A stretch of DNA of 64,000 nucleotides from an uncultured Planctomycetaceae bacterium. Lineage in GTDB: Bacteria; Planctomycetota; Planctomycetia; Isosphaerales; Isosphaeraceae. Under the pieces are notes generated by a model, which saw only the letters and a list, made by a program, of their open reading frames with translations, was not told the origin of the DNA and made no database searches. The stretch is from the NCBI GenBank assembly GCA_963833985.1, contig CAWIAD010000002.1, forward strand, positions 2,816,001 through 2,880,000, written 5' to 3'. Below, piece after piece: positions 59,625 to 64,000 of the stretch. The stretch's first letter is position 1, and each line of letters starts with the position of its first letter. Made by a program: the position numbers and the translations under genes.

Positions 59625-61757
59625 ATGCTTCGCGGCAAGATCGCCCTGCTCGTGTTCCTGACGAGCGCCCTGCTCAGCCATTCGCGTACCACGGCCCACG
59701 AGCCGCAGCCACCCACCCCTCCCCGGGCCGAACGCAAACCGGAACGCCTCGAGAAATTTGGCAAGACCCGGACCGACGACTACTTCTGGCTGCGCAACCG
59801 CCAGGACCCGCGTGTCATCGCCTACCTGGACTCGGAGAACAGCTACACCGACAAGATGACGGCGCATACCCGGGCCCTCCAGCACGCGCTCTTCGAGGAG
59901 ATCGTCGGCCGCATCAAGCAAACCGATCGCTCTGCGCCCATCTTCGATCATGGATATGATTACTATTCGCGACTGGAAGCGGGCCGCGATTATCCGGTGC
60001 TTGCCAGGGCGCGGAGGGTACGGGGAGCCGTGGAGGAGGTGCTGGTCGACGAGAATGCCCTGGCGCGCGGTCTCGGCTACTTCTCGCTGGCGGGCAACCA
60101 CGTCAGTCCCGACAACCGCATACTGGCCTTCGGCATTGACACCGGCGGCCGGCGCTTCCACACGATCCAGTTCAAGGACCTGGAAAGCGGCAAGCTGCTC
60201 GAGGATCGCATCGCCGACACGACGGCGAACATGGCCTGGGCGAACGACAGCAGGACGATCTTTTACACCCGTCAAGACCCGGTCACGCTCCGCGCCTACC
60301 GCATTTACCGGCACCGGCTGGGCACGCGGCCGGCCGACGACCGGCTGGTCTACGAGGAGCCTGATGAAACATTCTCGTGCCATATCTCGCGGACGAAGTC
60401 CGACCGGTTCCTCCTCATCGCATGCACGCAGACGCTGAGCACCGAGTTCCGCTACCTCGATGCGGACCATCCCGAGGGCGAATTCCGGATCGTCCAGGCA
60501 CGCCGGCCGAACCTGGAATACAGGGTCGATCACCTGGGAGATCACTTCTACTTTCGTACGAACCTCGGGGCCCGGAATTTCCGGCTCATGCGTGCGCCGG
60601 TCGCTGCACCGGGGCTGGAACACTGGGAGGAGGTCGTGCCGCAGCGCGCCGGGGTCTTCCTGGAGAGCTTCGAGCTGTTCCGTGACTTTCTGGTGCTCGA
60701 GGAACGGCGTGACGGCCTGATCCGGCTACGTGTCCGCCGCTGGTCCGATGGAGAGGGACACCAGGTCGGGTTCGACGAGCCGGCCTACGACGCGGCCATC
60801 GGCGAGAACCACGAGATGGATACCGACTGCCTGCGCTTCACGTACGCCTCACTGACGACTCCCCGATCGTCGTTCGACTATGACATGAAGCATCGCACGA
60901 AGACGCTTGTCAAGCGCGACGAGGTCCTGGGCGGATTCGACCCCGCCAGCTACGTGACCGAGCGCCTGCACGCGACGGCGGCCGACGGCACCAGGGTGCC
61001 CATCTCGATCGTGATGCGGAAGGGGTTTCGCAAGGACGGCCGCGCACCGCTCTTGCTCTATGGCTACGGCTCTTACGGGGCCAGCAGCGACGCGACGTTT
61101 CAGCCGGAGCGGCTTGCTCTGCTGGACCGCGGGTTCGCCTTCGCGATCGCCCACGTCCGGGGCGGCCAGGAACTGGGCCGGGCGTGGTACGAGGGCGGCA
61201 AGCTGCTCCACAAGAAGAACACCTTCACGGACTTCATCGCCTGCGCCGAGCATTTGATCCGCGAGCAATACACCCGCCCCGACCGCCTCTTCGCTCAGGG
61301 CGCCAGTGCCGGCGGACTGCTCATGGGGGCCGTCATCAATATGCGACCGGACCTGTTCAAGGGGGTCGTCGCCATGGTTCCTTTCGTGGACGTGGTCACG
61401 ACCATGCTCGACGCGTCGATACCGCTGACGACGTCCGAGTACGACGAGTGGGGCAATCCCGCGGACAGGACGTATTTTGACTACATGCTCTCCTATTCGC
61501 CCTATGACAACGTCGTGCCCGGAAACTATCCCAGCCTGCTGGTGACCACGGCGCTTCAGGACTCGCAGGTGCAGTACTGGGAACCCGCCAAGTGGGTTGC
61601 CAGGCTCCGCGCCACCAAGACGGATTCCAATCGACTGCTGCTGCGAACGTACAAGGAGGGGAGCCACGGCGGGGTCTCGGGCCGCTACAAGCGGTACGAG
61701 CAGACGGCGTTCGTGTACGCATTCCTGCTGGATCTTGCCGGGCAGGGCGGGGGTTGA
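59625..61757 (+). CDS. ptrB: Oligopeptidase B (S9A), with signal peptide
   Basis: DDYFWLR, YGYGSYG, HVRGGQELG, GASAGG, DSQVQYWEPAKW and SHGG. Confidence 0.93.
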   Translation: MLRGKIALLVFLTSALLSHSRTTAHEPQPPTPPRAERKPERLEKFGKTRTDDYFWLRNRQDPRVIAYLDSENSYTDKMTAHTRALQHALFEEIVGRIKQTDRSAPIFDHGYDYYSRLEAGRDYPVLARARRVRGAVEEVLVDENALARGLGYFSLAGNHVSPDNRILAFGIDTGGRRFHTIQFKDLESGKLLEDRIADTTANMAWANDSRTIFYTRQDPVTLRAYRIYRHRLGTRPADDRLVYEEPDETFSCHISRTKSDRFLLIACTQTLSTEFRYLDADHPEGEFRIVQARRPNLEYRVDHLGDHFYFRTNLGARNFRLMRAPVAAPGLEHWEEVVPQRAGVFLESFELFRDFLVLEERRDGLIRLRVRRWSDGEGHQVGFDEPAYDAAIGENHEMDTDCLRFTYASLTTPRSSFDYDMKHRTKTLVKRDEVLGGFDPASYVTERLHATAADGTRVPISIVMRKGFRKDGRAPLLLYGYGSYGASSDATFQPERLALLDRGFAFAIAHVRGGQELGRAWYEGGKLLHKKNTFTDFIACAEHLIREQYTRPDRLFAQGASAGGLLMGAVINMRPDLFKGVVAMVPFVDVVTTMLDASIPLTTSEYDEWGNPADRTYFDYMLSYSPYDNVVPGNYPSLLVTTALQDSQVQYWEPAKWVARLRATKTDSNRLLLRTYKEGSHGGVSGRYKRYEQTAFVYAFLLDLAGQGGG

Positions 61758-61932
61758 AGGAGAGGGCTGGCGGCGGCTCGGGCGCAGCTCGGGGTGCCGT
61801 GTGAGCGGATCACTCCAGCGCCGGGGCTGGGCGGTCCGTGTATAATGATCCGTAAATGATGCATCAACGAGGGATGGCCGGAGCAACTGAACGTGTGTCT
61901 GCCCAGCCGTCCTCGTGGAACAGGACGTGCCG

Positions 61933-63197
61933 ATGAGCGAGGATCTGTCCAGGATCGACGATGCCATTCAGGCCCTGCGCGAGGGACGCCCGATCATTGT
62001 CGTGGACGATGAAAACCGCGAGAACGAGGGCGATTTCGTGGCGGCCGCGGAGAAAGCGACCCCCGAGCTGATCGCCTTCATGATCACGCATGGACGCGGG
62101 CAGCTCTGCATGCCCATTTTGCCGGAAGTGGCGACCCGGCTGCATCTACCCCCACTGGTGGACCACAACACGGCCCCGCACCAGACGGCGTACACGATAC
62201 CCGTCGATCACATTTCCTGCCGCACGGGCATCAGCGCGTCGGAGCGGCGCGGACCATCCAGGCGATTCTGGACCCGGCGACACGGCCCTCGGACCTGGTT
62301 CGTCCGGGACATCTGCACCCGCTGGTGGCCAAGGAAGGGGGCGTGCTGCGCCGCGCCGGGCACACCGAGGCGGCCGTGGACCTGGCACGGCTGGCGGGGA
62401 TGGCTGCCGCCGGTGTGATCTGCGAGATCACGGACGGCATCCACATGGCGGGCCGGGAGAAGCTCCAGGAAATTGCACGCGAGCACGGCCTGCCCATGGT
62501 CTCCATCGAGGCCCTGATCAAGTTTCGCCGGCTTCGCGAGAAGCTGGTGCACCGCGCCACCGAGGCCGACCTGCCCACGCGCTACGGTCCCGGGCGGATC
62601 ATCGCCTACAAGGTTCAGCACGAGCCGGGTAACGAGCCGATCGCCCTGGTCATGGGGAACTTGAAAGCGGCCGACGCGCCGCTGGTCCGCCTGCACTCCT
62701 CGTGCTTCACCGGCGACCTGCTGGATTCCCTGCGGTGCGACTGCGGCGACCAGCTTCACATGGCCCTTGCCATGATCGGGGCCGAGGGCGTCGGCGCTCT
62801 CATCTATCTTCCCCAGGAAGGCCGCGGGATCGGCCTCATCGAGAAGATTCGGGCCTATAACCTGCAAGACAAGGGAATGGACACCGTCCAGGCGAACATC
62901 GCGCTGGGCTACCAGGCGGACCTCCGCGACTACGGGATCGGATTGCAGATCCTCAAGGATCTCGGGCTCACCAGGGTCCGCCTGCTGACCAACAACCCCA
63001 AGAAGACGGATGCCTTTGTCTACTACGGGTACGATCTGGCGGTGGTCGACCAGGTGCCCATCATTGCCCCGGTCCGAGCCGAACGCCAGCGCTACCTGGA
63101 CGCGAAACGAGACAAGATGGGCCATCTGCTGCCGCCCCGTCCGTGTTGCGGGGGCGTGGGCGAGCCGGCCCCGGCCGGCGCTCCCGGCGAGCCGTAG
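61933..63197 (+). CDS. ribBA: Bifunctional DHBP synthase / GTP cyclohydrolase II; apparent frameshift at ~62247
   Basis: [10 protein letters not shown] and TGISA, then [21 protein letters not shown]...[11 protein letters not shown] and LTNNPKK in the next frame. Confidence 0.95.
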
Positions 63198-63296
63198 GGA
63201 CGCGTTCCTGCCGCCAGAACCGTGTTTCGGCCGCAGGGATCGAGTCCGCAGTGATCGGGCCGGTAACGGCTGCTGCCGCGAAGAGGAGATCAATTC

Positions 63297-64000
63297 ATGA
63301 GCTCATTTCAAGAGACGCCGATCGTGCTGGTGCATGGCTTCCTCGGGTACGACGAGCTGGATCTCCCCGGGTTGTCGATCTCATATTTCCGGGGAATTCC
63401 CGACGCACTCCGCGGCGCTGGTTACAGCGTCCCCGAACCGCCCAAGCTGAACTCTGGCGGCAGCGTCAAGGAACGCGCCTCTGATCTGCGTGAATACCTG
63501 GAGAGCAACGATGAGGTGGCCGGCCGCAAGGTCCATCTGATCGGCTACAGCATGGGCGGGCTCGATTGCCGTTACCTCGTCTCCTGCATGGGCATGGCGG
63601 AACGCGTGATGAGCTTGACAACGCTGGGGGCACCGCACCGGGGTACCGCGCTGGCGGACGTCGCCGTCGAGGTACTCGGGAGCCTGGTGAAGGCCATCGA
63701 TGCCACACGCCTCCTCGACCTCCGCGGCTCCTTCGACCTCACGGTGCGCAACTGCAAGGAGTTCAACCGCGAGGATGTGCCCGACACGGACCATGTCCGC
63801 TACTATTCCGTGGCGGGCCTCTACCATCCGGAGTCCACCGATGGCCCCGACCTGCTGGGGCTGTCGCACAAGTACCTGATGGAGCGTGAAGGAGACAATG
63901 ACGGCCTGGTCTCGGTGCGGTCGGCCACCTACGGCACGTTCCTCGGCACCTGGCCCGGCAACCATTTCCGCCTTGTCAACTGCCCGACGAACCTCATCGA
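63297..64000 (+). CDS. Triacylglycerol-lipase-like alpha/beta hydrolase (3' truncated by window edge)
   Basis: PIVLVHGFLG, VHLIGYSMGGLD, TLGAPHRGT and NDGLVSV.SA. Open to the window end. Confidence 0.85.
   Translation, partial: MSSFQETPIVLVHGFLGYDELDLPGLSISYFRGIPDALRGAGYSVPEPPKLNSGGSVKERASDLREYLESNDEVAGRKVHLIGYSMGGLDCRYLVSCMGMAERVMSLTTLGAPHRGTALADVAVEVLGSLVKAIDATRLLDLRGSFDLTVRNCKEFNREDVPDTDHVRYYSVAGLYHPESTDGPDLLGLSHKYLMEREGDNDGLVSVRSATYGTFLGTWPGNHFRLVNCPTNLI

Overview
GC-rich (roughly two-thirds G+C) bacterial chromosome segment whose gene content points to a planctomycete, probably Isosphaeraceae-like (inference from LEPRxLL 'planctomycete extracellular' leaders, an ECF-sigma/Ser-Thr kinase pair and the groEL-groES-groEL-dnaJ-grpE layout). 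Most of it is core genome: rpsO-pnp followed by a histidine kinase and sigma54 activator, mutL, a GT9 heptosyltransferase, aroDE-aroK-pilD-lapA-hisH-hisA and an EF-G paralogue, a chaperone cluster, pdhABC and lpdA, ptrB, ribBA and a lipase. Secreted multidomain proteins and GT-C-type membrane proteins are interspersed. About 12 single-base frameshifts, several in core genes, look like long-read consensus errors, and 11 lie at or next to GCGC. The most notable unexplained signals are: (1) an intergenic ~310-nt multi-hairpin RNA candidate with a near-consensus sigma54 promoter and its own terminator (~39970-40307); (2) further sigma54 promoters, one in front of groEL with an upstream palindrome and no CIRCE; (3) an orphan UrtA-like binding protein paired with a bestrophin-like DUF4239 membrane protein; (4) two different TA-ended palindromic mini-elements with REP-like cores, each starting at a TAA stop codon. 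No tRNA, rRNA, CRISPR array, transposase or prophage gene was recognised.
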